64,000 bases of DNA from Longimicrobiales bacterium (lineage in GTDB: Bacteria > Gemmatimonadota > Gemmatimonadetes > Longimicrobiales > Gaopeijiaceae): the NCBI GenBank assembly GCA_965202805.1, contig OZ241869.1, forward strand, positions 1,280,001 to 1,344,000, in the 5' to 3' direction. Positions 23,237 through 32,565 of this stretch are shown here, piece by piece. The position numbers were made by a program, and so were the translations under genes. The notes below the pieces were generated by a model. The model saw only the letters and a list, made by a program, of their open reading frames with translations, was not told where the DNA came from and did not search any database. Every line of letters begins with the position of its first letter. Position 1 is the stretch's first letter.

Positions 23237-24133
23237 ATGCTCCAGCGCTTCGACGAACGCAATCGGGACCTGATCGTCAACGTCAACGGACGCCTGCTGC
23301 ACCGGGACCAGGCGGGGGTCAGTCCCTTCGACTCGGTCGTGCAGGGCGGCGACGCGGTCTGGGAGGGGCTCAGGCTCTACGAGGGTCGGATCTTCAGGCT
23401 GGAGGAGCACCTGGCGCGGCTGCGGTCCTCGGCGCTCGCGCTCGCCTTCGCCGGGATTCCGCCGGACGAGGAGATCGTCGAGGAGATCCGGCGCACCCTC
23501 GCCGCGAACCGGATGCGCGACGGGGTGCACATCCGGCTGACGCTCACGCGGGGCGTCAAGTATACGAGCGGCATGGATCCCCGCCTCAACCGGTCCGGCC
23601 CCACGCTGATCGTGTTGGCCGAGCACAAGGCGCCCGTCTACGAGCGGTCCGGACTCCGGCTGATCACGAGTTCGCTCAGGCGGTTCGACCCCGATGCGCT
23701 CGACCCGAAGATCCACCACGCCAACCTGCTCCAGTCCATCCTCGCCAAGATCGAGGCGAATGCCGCGGGCGCGGATGACGCGCTCATGCTCGACCGGCGC
23801 GGCTTCATCGCCGAGACCAACGCCACCAACTTCTTCCTCGTGACCGGCGGAGTCGTGACGACCGGGCGGGCGGCGGCATGTCCCGAAGGGATCACGCGCG
23901 CGGCCGTCCTGGAACTGTGCGCCGACAACGGCATCCGTTACCGGGTGAAGGACCTCTCGCTGACCGAAGCCTACCGCGCCGACGAGGCCTTCTGCACGGG
24001 TACGATGGGCGAGCTGGCCAGCGTGACCGAAATCGACGGGCGTACGATCGGCACCGGCGAACCGGGCCCGGTGACGGGACGGCTCAGCGGGTTGTTCCGG
24101 GAGCTGACGGCGCGCTCGGGAACGGCGATCTGA
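23237..24133 (+). CDS. Class IV PLP-dependent aminotransferase (BCAT/DAAT-like)
   Basis: GDAVWEGLR, HLARL, KIHHANLL (PLP Lys), ETNATNFF, GITR and EAFCTGT. Confidence 0.9.
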   Translation: MLQRFDERNRDLIVNVNGRLLHRDQAGVSPFDSVVQGGDAVWEGLRLYEGRIFRLEEHLARLRSSALALAFAGIPPDEEIVEEIRRTLAANRMRDGVHIRLTLTRGVKYTSGMDPRLNRSGPTLIVLAEHKAPVYERSGLRLITSSLRRFDPDALDPKIHHANLLQSILAKIEANAAGADDALMLDRRGFIAETNATNFFLVTGGVVTTGRAAACPEGITRAAVLELCADNGIRYRVKDLSLTEAYRADEAFCTGTMGELASVTEIDGRTIGTGEPGPVTGRLSGLFRELTARSGTAI

Positions 24134-24152
24134 GCCACCCCCCCGGCCATCG

Positions 24153-25562
24153 TCATCCTCGCCCGTCACCTTCCGGGGCCGAGGCGTCGCCATCGTCCAC
24201 CGAATGGAACGACTCCCCCTGCCACCGCCGCTCCAGCCGCCGGAAGGTCTCGACCAGTTCGCGGCGCATGCGGGCGAAGCGCATTCGCACATCGGGCCGC
24301 CCCTGAAGCTTCAGGAACAGCATCGTGTCCTCCTTCACCTCCCGGGCCAGTTCCACCCACAGGATGGCCAGATACCCGCACAGCGGCGCCACCACCGCCG
24401 CGCCCAGGGCGGCGAAGGGACCGCCGGCAGCATAGCCCAGGACCACCCAGAGCACCCAGGCCGCGAACACGCCGCCGAGGAGCGTCGCGAGCTTGAAGGT
24501 GGCCCTCACCTCGTAGTCGGGACGCAGGCTCCGGACCACGACCCCGGCCAACTGCGTCACGGGCACCCAGAATACCGATCCCGACAGGGCGAACGGCAGC
24601 CCCAGCAGGAGCAGGCTCCCCCGCACGGCGATGTAGCGCGCGACCGGCACGAGACCGTAACGGGGCGGCACGTCCCCCTCCCCCGCCCCAACCCGCGCAC
24701 TCAGGGCGGCGTAGTGCTCCACCATGCGCCTGAGTTCGCGGTGCTCGCCCGGGGCCTCGCGCCGGATCCACTCCAGCCCGGCGGCGAAACGCTGCAGGCG
24801 GGGAAAACGCGAGCCCAGCGCCTCCCGCGCCCGCCACGGGACCCAGCGCGACTCGCGCACGTAGAGCTGTTCCGCCACCTCCACCAGCGCCCGGTCCTCG
24901 TGATGAACGAAGTTGAGGGTGCGGGCGCGGATCCCGGCCTCGATCCGCTCGGTGAGCGCTCGCGCGGCCGCCATCGGGTCCTCGCGCCAGGCGTCCCTCA
25001 GGTCGGCGCACTCGAAGGCGGGCCCGAAGCGCACGGCCACCGCCGTCCGGGCCCGCTCCTTGCGCGAGTACGTGATCCCCACTGGCACGATCGAGAGCCC
25101 CAACTCCCATCCCGCCTCCGCCTCGGCCTGCAGCGCGATGCGGGCGGCCCCCGTGCGGAACTCGACCAGATGGGCCTCGGAGTGGCTCCGGCCCTCCGGG
25201 TAGATCTGGATCGCACCGCCCTCCCGGAGCACCCCTGTCGCCGCGCGGAACATGTCCTGGTTGCGGTGCATCGCGCCGGGGTCGTCCTGGCGACGGTAGA
25301 CCGGAATGCCGCCGAGCGCCCTCAGCAACGGCCCGAGCAAGAGCCCGTCGAAGAGCGGCGCCCGCGCCAGCGGCCGGGGCAAGCGCTCGCTGCAGAGGAA
25401 GATGAGGAGGGGATCCAGCAGGCTGTTGGGGTGATTGGCCGCGACCAGCAGCGGGCCCGCAGGCAGGGGAGGTCCGTGGTGGTCCACCCGGTAGAACACG
25501 CCCGCGGCTGCGCCCGCCACCCAGGTGATCAGCCTCGCGATGCGGCTTTGTGGCCTCGCCAA
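24153..25562 (-). CDS. Lysophospholipid/glycerol-phosphate acyltransferase family membrane protein
   Basis: ANHPNSLLD (HxxxxD), IPVYR and YPEGRSH motifs; C-terminal TM helices. Confidence 0.85.
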   Translation of the reverse strand: MARPQSRIARLITWVAGAAAGVFYRVDHHGPPLPAGPLLVAANHPNSLLDPLLIFLCSERLPRPLARAPLFDGLLLGPLLRALGGIPVYRRQDDPGAMHRNQDMFRAATGVLREGGAIQIYPEGRSHSEAHLVEFRTGAARIALQAEAEAGWELGLSIVPVGITYSRKERARTAVAVRFGPAFECADLRDAWREDPMAAARALTERIEAGIRARTLNFVHHEDRALVEVAEQLYVRESRWVPWRAREALGSRFPRLQRFAAGLEWIRREAPGEHRELRRMVEHYAALSARVGAGEGDVPPRYGLVPVARYIAVRGSLLLLGLPFALSGSVFWVPVTQLAGVVVRSLRPDYEVRATFKLATLLGGVFAAWVLWVVLGYAAGGPFAALGAAVVAPLCGYLAILWVELAREVKEDTMLFLKLQGRPDVRMRFARMRRELVETFRRLERRWQGESFHSVDDGDASAPEGDGRG

Positions 25563-25764
25563 CCGTGCCTCCTCCCGCTCAGGTTTTCCGCCCGACGCCT
25601 TATCCTGGCTGCCGCCGCCGAACTTCGCACCCCGTTCCGGCGCCGCAAGGGCGTGATCCGTTCGCCAAGCGACCGTGGACCTGCGAACGGCCAGCTATCG
25701 CCGGTCGAACCGGTGTGACAGATTGGGCCCGGAGCCGCCGAATGACCACCAGCGAGGAAGCGAG

Positions 25765-26856
25765 ATGCCCGGACCCGATCTCTCACGCCGGAGTTTTCTT
25801 CAGGCTGCGACGCTCGCCATCGGCGGGCTGAGCACGGGCGCCTGCCGCCTGGACGAACCTGCGCCAAGCCCTCTCCGCATTCTCATCCTGGGAGGAACGG
25901 GCTTTGTGGGACCCCACCAGGTGAGGACTGCCGTGGCGCGCGGCCACGAGGTCACCCTCTTCAACCGGGGCATCACGAACCCCGGGCTCTTTCCCGACCT
26001 CGAGACCCTGATCGGGGACCGGGACGGCGACCTGGCCGCTCTGGAGGGCCGCGACTGGGACGTGGTCATCGACAATTCGGCCAACCTGCCGCGCTGGGTG
26101 CGCCTCTCGACCGAGGTGCTGCGCGGCTCCGTCGGGAAGTACCTCTTCGTGTCCTCGACCGGCGTCTACATCCCCTACCTCACCACCGACATCCACGAAG
26201 ACGCCCCGGTGGACACCATCGAGGACCCGGAGACGGAGGTCGTGAACGGCCGCACCTTCGGCGCCCTGAAGGCCCTTGCGGAGGGCGAGGCCCGCGACGC
26301 CTTCCCCGAGGCCCACCTGGTCCTGCGCCCGACCTACATCGTCGGACCCGGCGACCCGACCGACCGCTACACCTACTGGCCGGTGCGGCTGGCGCGCGGC
26401 GGCGAGGTGCTCGCGCCGGGGACCCCCGACGACCCCATGCAGCACGTGGACGTCCGCGACCTGGCCGCGTTCATGATCGACGCCGTGGAGGACGACCTGA
26501 CGGGCACCTGGAACGTGGTGGGCCCGCGCGAACCGCTCACGATGGGCAGCCTGCTCGAGCGCACGCGCGCCGCGGTGGGCTCGGACGCCACCCTCACCTG
26601 GGTGGACGCCGCCTTCCTGATGGACAACGGCCTGTCGGCCCTGACCTACTGGACCGAACCCGCGGGCGACTACCTGGGCATGATGCAGGTCAACGGGGAC
26701 AAGGCGTTCGACGCGGGGTTTGCGATGCGGCCGCTGGAAGAGACCGCGCGCGACACGCTGGAGTGGTTCAACGCCCAGGATGCGGAACGGCAGGAGTTGC
26801 GGTCGGGGCTGACGCCGGCGCGCGAGGCTGAGTTGCTGGCGGCGTTTCGGGGGTGA
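25765..26856 (+). CDS. NAD-dependent epimerase/dehydratase family protein with Tat signal
   Basis: SRRSFLQAA Tat motif; ILILGGTGFVG Rossmann motif; RPTYIVGPGD. Confidence 0.85.
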   Translation: MPGPDLSRRSFLQAATLAIGGLSTGACRLDEPAPSPLRILILGGTGFVGPHQVRTAVARGHEVTLFNRGITNPGLFPDLETLIGDRDGDLAALEGRDWDVVIDNSANLPRWVRLSTEVLRGSVGKYLFVSSTGVYIPYLTTDIHEDAPVDTIEDPETEVVNGRTFGALKALAEGEARDAFPEAHLVLRPTYIVGPGDPTDRYTYWPVRLARGGEVLAPGTPDDPMQHVDVRDLAAFMIDAVEDDLTGTWNVVGPREPLTMGSLLERTRAAVGSDATLTWVDAAFLMDNGLSALTYWTEPAGDYLGMMQVNGDKAFDAGFAMRPLEETARDTLEWFNAQDAERQELRSGLTPAREAELLAAFRG

Positions 26857-26865
26857 GAGCGGGTG

Positions 26866-26946
26866 ATGATACTACGCATCAGCCGAGGTGATACTACTCG
26901 TAGGGTCTGAGTGATACTACCCGACATCACGATGTGATACTACTCG
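26866..26946. repeat. Tandem array, 4 units, period 22-23 bp, conserved core (G)TGATACTAC
   Basis: TGATACTAC at 26867, 26889, 26912 and 26935 (spacing 22, 23, 23). The intervening ~10-13 nt differ between units. Confidence 0.9.
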
Positions 26947-26989
26947 GGCAAGACCCTCATCCCCAAGCCAGCTCGGTTGCCACGGTAGG

Positions 26990-28077
26990 TGCCATGGACC
27001 GCTGGCGTGGAGCACAACGTGGAGGAACGGCCCCGCATCGAAGGCAATCTGGCGACGGTGTTGGACAAAGCACGGACGGAAGTCGGTGGTCTCCTGCGAC
27101 GACGGTCCCGTCTCATGGGCACTCGCTTCCAGGAGATGCCGGAGTACCCCGATTTCGCCTGGCGCGAGGCGATGCACAACGCGGTCGCCCCACCGGGACT
27201 ACGCGATCCAGGGGGCGGGCACTGAGATCTGGATGTTCGAGGATCGCATGGAGGTGGTGAGCGCGGGCGCTTTTCCGGAGGGCGTGACTCTGGAACAGGT
27301 GCTCCGGCTGGAGCGTGTCCACCGGAGCCGTAACCCGCGAATCGTGCGCGTCCTGGTCGATCTCGGCTACGCCAAGGATCAGGGCGAGGGCATACCGCGC
27401 ATGTTCGCGGAGATGGAGGACGCCTTCCTGCCTCGCCCCGTTGTGGAGGTGCAAGGACAGCAGGTGATGGTGACGTTGCGCAACACGTCCACCCTGACCG
27501 CTGCCGACCGCCGATTCGTGGCAGGGCTCGGAGACGCGGAGTTGAGCCGTGGCGAATTCCGCGCGCTGCTCATGGCGTACCGGCGCGACCGGGTGGACAA
27601 CGCCCGGCTGCGCGCCGTCATGGGACTGGACACGCTGGCTGCGAGCCAGTTGCTGCGAGGACTACGGGACCGAGACCTGCTCACGTTGTATTCGCACGGA
27701 GCGGCCAGCTACTACACCCTGTCCCCCGCGTTGCGCGAGCATATCGGGGGGAGCTCGGCGCGGATCGGGGGGAGCTCGGCACGGATCGAGGGGAGCTCCC
27801 AGCCAATGTCCAACGCGCTATCGAGGATCTGGGCACCCGACCACGCAAGGAACACCTCCGCACCGTCATCAAAGCAATCTGCGTCGCGAGGGAATGGACG
27901 ACGTCGGGCGAAATCGCGCGCTTCCTGAACTTCTCCCAGCGGAAGCTGGGTAGCCGTCATCTGCTGCCGATGGTTGAAGCCGGTGTGCTGCTCCGGCGGT
28001 ATCCGGACAGCCCGACGCATCCCGAGCAGGCATACCGGGCAAGCCGCGGCCGGGCCAGCGACCGGAGCGGGGCGTAG
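26990..28077 (+). pseudogene. Decayed ATP-binding protein with RecG-C/HATPase_c_4-like domain and C-terminal Fic-like wHTH
   Basis: Three frames join: PEYPDFAWREAMHNAVA / HRDY...IWMFEDRMEVVS...SRNPRIVRVL...GEGIPRMF / DRGELG repeats...RHLLPMVEAGVL...PTHPEQAY, with stop at 28075-28077. The N-terminus is missing. Confidence 0.75.
27742..27800 (+). repeat. 21-bp coding tandem repeat x3 (DRGELGx)
   Basis: ATCGGGGGGAGCTCGGCGCGG / ATCGGGGGGAGCTCGGCACGG / ATCGAGGGGAGCTCCC. Confidence 0.8.
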
Positions 28078-28121
28078 TGGAGGTGAAATCGCCCGAGGAC
28101 GACACGCTGGCCTGAGGTTCG

Positions 28122-28823
28122 CTATCGGATCGTTGCTAGAGCCGAAAGACCCTTGCGATCAACAGACTCGGCTACCGCCACGGCACTGAGTTTTTTGGCG
28201 GAGAGCTGTTCGTCGATGCCCACTGTGCCCACCGCTAGTGCGTCAAGATTCGGCCCCAGCTCAGGACGCTCTATCTCATCCCAACCCCGCACCGAGAGTG
28301 CGAGTTGGAAGTCCGTTCTCAACGCGTAGTTCACGGCAAGGCAATTATCGTCAAGAAACCGAGCCCGATCGCGACCCTTTGGCAGCGATAGCGGCAGACA
28401 TTGAGTATACCGGAGACGCAGCTGTGGATCGACATTCATGAGAAGCTCTTCCAGGAAGAGCATCAAATCAAATGACTTGCGGTACACGTAACATTCGACG
28501 TACCAGTGTTTGCCCCGCACCACCGCAGAAAGATCAGGACTTCGCGCATTGTCTCCAGATTTACCCCATCGAACATCACGGCCTACCTCGCAAAGGTGCT
28601 CAGCTACTTGCAACTGCCACACCAATGCCCAGAAATCGGCTATCTCTGCTGTGTTGAGAAATGACCTGCTCTCGTTCTTCCAATTGGGCAGCTGATTCGC
28701 GCAACAAAGCAACTCTTCCAGCCGCTGAAACACATTCTCCGCCTCATAGACTCCCAGACGCCAGGCAAGATAGTGGCAAAAATACGGTGGACGCTCGCTG
28801 GAGTTCCTGAGCATCTCGCTCAA
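28122..28823 (-). CDS. Hypothetical protein, lower GC, possibly degenerate
   Basis: 233-aa ORF in visibly AT-richer DNA; SPDLSAVVRGKHWYVECY resembles a PD-(D/E)xK core. The frame stays open upstream to ~28930 without a canonical start. Confidence 0.5.
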   Translation of the reverse strand: MSEMLRNSSERPPYFCHYLAWRLGVYEAENVFQRLEELLCCANQLPNWKNESRSFLNTAEIADFWALVWQLQVAEHLCEVGRDVRWGKSGDNARSPDLSAVVRGKHWYVECYVYRKSFDLMLFLEELLMNVDPQLRLRYTQCLPLSLPKGRDRARFLDDNCLAVNYALRTDFQLALSVRGWDEIERPELGPNLDALAVGTVGIDEQLSAKKLSAVAVAESVDRKGLSALATIR

Positions 28824-28945
28824 GAAGATTCTCCCGATTGCCGGGTAACTCCGAAATCTACATTCGACGCGCCGCCAGTCGATTAGTTGGTGGACCAGCT
28901 TGCGCTGTGCAGGCTGGTAGGAAGGAATTGCCCATCAATTCCCCC

Positions 28946-30172
28946 CTACCCCGGCATCCTCCGGAACAGCCTAAGCACCGACGAGAACGCCAGCGCGTAC
29001 ATCACAGCCCCCAGCAGGAACGGCGCGCCCGGAAGCTCGATCGGCGCGCTCGCCGAGGTGAAGTAGCTGAATAGCCCCGCGGTGAAGATCAGGGGCGCAA
29101 CGATGCTGGTGAGGCTCATCAGGGACTGGATGCCGCCCTGCACCTTGCCCTGGTCCTCGGGAGGGACGGCGCCGGCCACCAGGCTCTGGATGGCAGGGCC
29201 CGCGACGCCCGAGATCGAACCGAAGACGATGCACGCGAGCAGCATCCACCCCGCCGTGGCCAAGCCGTAGCCCAGGAAGGTGACGACCGCCCAGACGAGG
29301 CCGTACAGGATCGCCCGGCGCTCGCCGATTCGCTTGATGACCGGCTGGACCAGTCCGCCCTGGACGATCGCGGACATGATCCCCACCAGGGCCAGCGACA
29401 GCCCGTTCGCCCGCTCGTCCCACCCGAACTTGTGACCGGTGTAGAGAACCCAGACGGTCTCGAGGCCGCGCTGGGCCAGAATGACGAAGACGAATGCGGC
29501 GGTCAGCCCCGCGACCAGCGGATACGACTTCAGCACGTGCAGGCTTCCCACCGGGTTGGCCTTGCGCCAGTTGAAGGCGTCGCGCTTCTCCGGGGGAAGC
29601 GATTCCGGCAGGACGAAGAAGCCGTACAGCCAGTTCACCAGCGCGAGTCCCGCCGAGGCGAAGAACGGCAGCCGCAGATCGATGCTTCCGAGCAGGCCGC
29701 CGATGGCGGGGCCGAAGATGAAGCCGAGCCCGAACGCCACGCCGATGAGCCCGAAGTTCCGGGCCCGGTTCTCGGGCTTCGAGACGTCGGCGATGTAGGC
29801 GTTTGCGGTGGTGGCGCTGGCCCCCATCACGCCGGCGATGAGGCGGCCCGCGAAGAGCCAGCCCAGCGTCGGCGCGAAGCCCATGATGAGGTAGTCGATC
29901 CCGAGCCCGAAGAGGGAGATGAGGATCACGGGCCGGCGGCCCACGCGGTCCGAAAGCGCTCCCAGCAGGGGCGCGAAGAAGAACTGCGTCACGGCGTAGG
30001 TGGCCGCGAGGATGCCGTACCAGCGCCCGGCCAGCGCGGCGCTCCCTCCGGCGAACTCCCTGATCAGTTCCGGGAGGATGGGGATGATGATCCCGATCCC
30101 CAGCATGTCGATGAAGACCGTGATGAGGATGAAGACCATCGCGGCCTTGCGGCGCGATCCGCTGGCCTTCAC
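28946..30172 (-). CDS. TCR/Tet (DHA1) family MFS transporter
   Basis: FIDMLGIGIIIPILP, GALSDRVGRRPV (motif A), GRLIAG and GFIFGPAIGG (motif C); many hydrophobic TM segments. Confidence 0.92.
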   Translation of the reverse strand: MKASGSRRKAAMVFILITVFIDMLGIGIIIPILPELIREFAGGSAALAGRWYGILAATYAVTQFFFAPLLGALSDRVGRRPVILISLFGLGIDYLIMGFAPTLGWLFAGRLIAGVMGASATTANAYIADVSKPENRARNFGLIGVAFGLGFIFGPAIGGLLGSIDLRLPFFASAGLALVNWLYGFFVLPESLPPEKRDAFNWRKANPVGSLHVLKSYPLVAGLTAAFVFVILAQRGLETVWVLYTGHKFGWDERANGLSLALVGIMSAIVQGGLVQPVIKRIGERRAILYGLVWAVVTFLGYGLATAGWMLLACIVFGSISGVAGPAIQSLVAGAVPPEDQGKVQGGIQSLMSLTSIVAPLIFTAGLFSYFTSASAPIELPGAPFLLGAVMYALAFSSVLRLFRRMPG

Positions 30173-30225
30173 GGGGAGTTGACTGTCTCGGGGGTCGGGG
30201 ATGGCGCGCTACGCCGGGCCGGCCC

Positions 30226-32565
30226 TCAGCAGGACACGCAGTTGTTGTTGTTCTTCGACCCCAGCCGCTCCAGCAGTGCGATGGTGGACGGGAACGGCTG
30301 TACGCGCTGCACCGGACCGTTGGCCATGTCGGCGGTGGTCTGCCCCTTGCGGCTCAGCACGGTCACGTCCCCACCGTGCTCCACGAGATAGAGCACCAGC
30401 TCGTCGTCGCCCCGGGACGCGGCGTGATGGAGCGCGGTGTAGGCGTTGGCGTCGCGCACGTTGACGTCGGCGCCGGCCTCCTCCACCAGGAACTTCACCG
30501 CCGCGAGCCAGTTGTCGGGGACGTAGCGGTGCGCGTTGCCCGCGAAGGACTGGCCGTAGCCGACGCCGGAGGCCGCGTGGATCGGGTAGATCGCGGGTCC
30601 GCCGACGGGCACGGGCGGCACTCCGGAGAGATCCTCGTCGTCGCCGCCGCCGTAGCGTCCCCCGGGAGGAGGTCCGGGCTCGTCTTCGTCGGTCTCGCCC
30701 TCGGCGTTGGCAAGCGCGGGCCCCGCGGGCTCGTCCTCGCTGGCGGCCTGCTCACCGGGCTGACCCTCGGCTTCGTCACCGGTTTCGGCGGCTGGGGACC
30801 CTCCAGCGGCTGCCTCGCCCTCCCCGGCCTCGGCGCCCTCCGCACCAGCTTCACCCTCGGCCATCTCCTCGCCCTCCACAGCTTCCTCACCGGCCTCGGC
30901 GACCGCTTCCTCCGCCAGCGTCGGCTCCGGGGGCGGCGGGGGACGGCGCCGGCGGCGCTGGGGCGGCTTCATGGTGGGGATGTCGGGATCGGCCCCGTGC
31001 TCCATGAGCAGCCGCATCGCGTCGACATCGAGGGCGTAGGCGGCCCGCCAGAAGGGCGTCGCGCCCTGCAGGTTGATGCCGCTGCCGCGCAGCACGCCGA
31101 AGGTGTACTCCATGAACCAGAGGTGGGCCTTCAGGCGCACGTTGGGATCCGCCCCGGCTTCCAGCAGAGCTTCCAGCATGTCGAGGTGGGTCGCGTTCTG
31201 CCGCAGATGCTCGGTGGGGTGCGCGTACGACGCCCGGGGCGCCCACTGCCGCTCGAGCACCGCGAAGAGCGGGGTGGTGCCCGCCTTGCTCGCCAGGTTG
31301 GGGTCGGCGCCGCGCTCGAGCAGCGTGAAGGCCAGGTCGAACTGACCGTTCACGGACGCCATGAGGATCGGCGAGGTCCGGTCGCCGTCGGAAACCTGGT
31401 TGACGTCCGCGCCGGCGTCGAGCAGCGCCAGGGTCGCCTCCTCGTGACCCTGCCGGATCGCGTGCAGGAGGGGCGTCAGTCCGCCCCAGGCGCCCACCAT
31501 CTGGGCATAGGACATGGGACGCGGCTCTTCGTCCGGGCGCGGGTCCCCGTCGTCGTCACCAGCCGACTCGGCCTCGTTCCCCTCGGCTTCCTCCGATGCA
31601 TCGCCGGACTCGTCGCCTTCGCCGGACTCGTCGCGCTGCTCCGCCTCGCCGGACTCCTCGTCCTGTTCGGCGGCATCGTCTTCAGCTTCGGGCGCCGCGT
31701 CGGCCTCGGTCCCGGATTCTCCGCCCTCTTCCTCCTCCGCCTCGATCTGGCCTTCCTGGTTGGCCATGGTCCGCCCGTCGTTCGCCGGATCGGGCACGTC
31801 GGGCCACCTGCGCCGGATCTCGCGCGAGGCCTCGATGGCCGCCTGCACCTGGCTGGGCGTGGGCTGCCAGTCCGGGCCCCCGCCCTCCTTCTCCTTGAAG
31901 TCGGCCAGGAACTCGTTCAGGCGGCGCTCGGCGGCGGCATCCGCCCGCTCCTGCTCCGCCACGTCCACCGACCAGGCTGCGAGCGACAGGTCGGCGCCGG
32001 CTCCCAGCAGCACCTCGATGGCCGCGACCCGGTTGTTGGCGGCGGCGAAGATGAGGGGGGTCTGCCCCCACGCTCCCTCGCGCCCGTTCACGTCGGCGCC
32101 GGCTTCGGACAGCGCTCCGACCACGTCCGGATCGCCGGTGGCCGCCGCCAGATGAAGCGGCGTGGCGCCCGAATTGGTCGTGCTCGCGTTGGGGTCGCTC
32201 CCCGCGTCCAGAAGCAACTCCACCACCGTCGCGCCCGCGCCCCGGGCAGCCAGGTGGAGGGGCGTGTAGTGTCCGATTCGGGTGCCCGCATCCACCCGCG
32301 CGCCCGCATAGAGCAACACGTCCGCCAACTCCGCGTCGTCTCGCTCGGCGGCCCAGTGCAGCGCGGTCATGCCGTCGCCCTGGGGCGCGTTCACGTCCGC
32401 GCCCTCGCGCAGCAGGCGCCGCACCGCCTCCACGTCGCCCCGCGCCGACGCGTCCGCCACGGGCGCGTCCGACCAGCCGCCGCCGAGAAGCAGCAGCGGC
32501 AGGATCGCCATGCCCGGGAAGCGGGCCCGCACCGGCCGCCCTCCCGGGAACCTCCCCGGCTTCAC
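30226..32565 (-). CDS. Secreted ankyrin-repeat protein with acidic inserts and C-terminal CxxC (copy 2)
   Basis: GTG at 32565 overlaps the DUF1552 stop (GTGA). Hydrophobic signal, ankyrin repeats, and the end sequence NNNNCVSC. Confidence 0.88.
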   Translation of the reverse strand: MKPGRFPGGRPVRARFPGMAILPLLLLGGGWSDAPVADASARGDVEAVRRLLREGADVNAPQGDGMTALHWAAERDDAELADVLLYAGARVDAGTRIGHYTPLHLAARGAGATVVELLLDAGSDPNASTTNSGATPLHLAAATGDPDVVGALSEAGADVNGREGAWGQTPLIFAAANNRVAAIEVLLGAGADLSLAAWSVDVAEQERADAAAERRLNEFLADFKEKEGGGPDWQPTPSQVQAAIEASREIRRRWPDVPDPANDGRTMANQEGQIEAEEEEGGESGTEADAAPEAEDDAAEQDEESGEAEQRDESGEGDESGDASEEAEGNEAESAGDDDGDPRPDEEPRPMSYAQMVGAWGGLTPLLHAIRQGHEEATLALLDAGADVNQVSDGDRTSPILMASVNGQFDLAFTLLERGADPNLASKAGTTPLFAVLERQWAPRASYAHPTEHLRQNATHLDMLEALLEAGADPNVRLKAHLWFMEYTFGVLRGSGINLQGATPFWRAAYALDVDAMRLLMEHGADPDIPTMKPPQRRRRRPPPPPEPTLAEEAVAEAGEEAVEGEEMAEGEAGAEGAEAGEGEAAAGGSPAAETGDEAEGQPGEQAASEDEPAGPALANAEGETDEDEPGPPPGGRYGGGDDEDLSGVPPVPVGGPAIYPIHAASGVGYGQSFAGNAHRYVPDNWLAAVKFLVEEAGADVNVRDANAYTALHHAASRGDDELVLYLVEHGGDVTVLSRKGQTTADMANGPVQRVQPFPSTIALLERLGSKNNNNCVSC

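Noticed and set aside
28946..30172. Tetracycline resistance gene call
   Set aside because: Only family-level similarity is visible. There is no tetR or mobile context, and the substrate cannot be determined.
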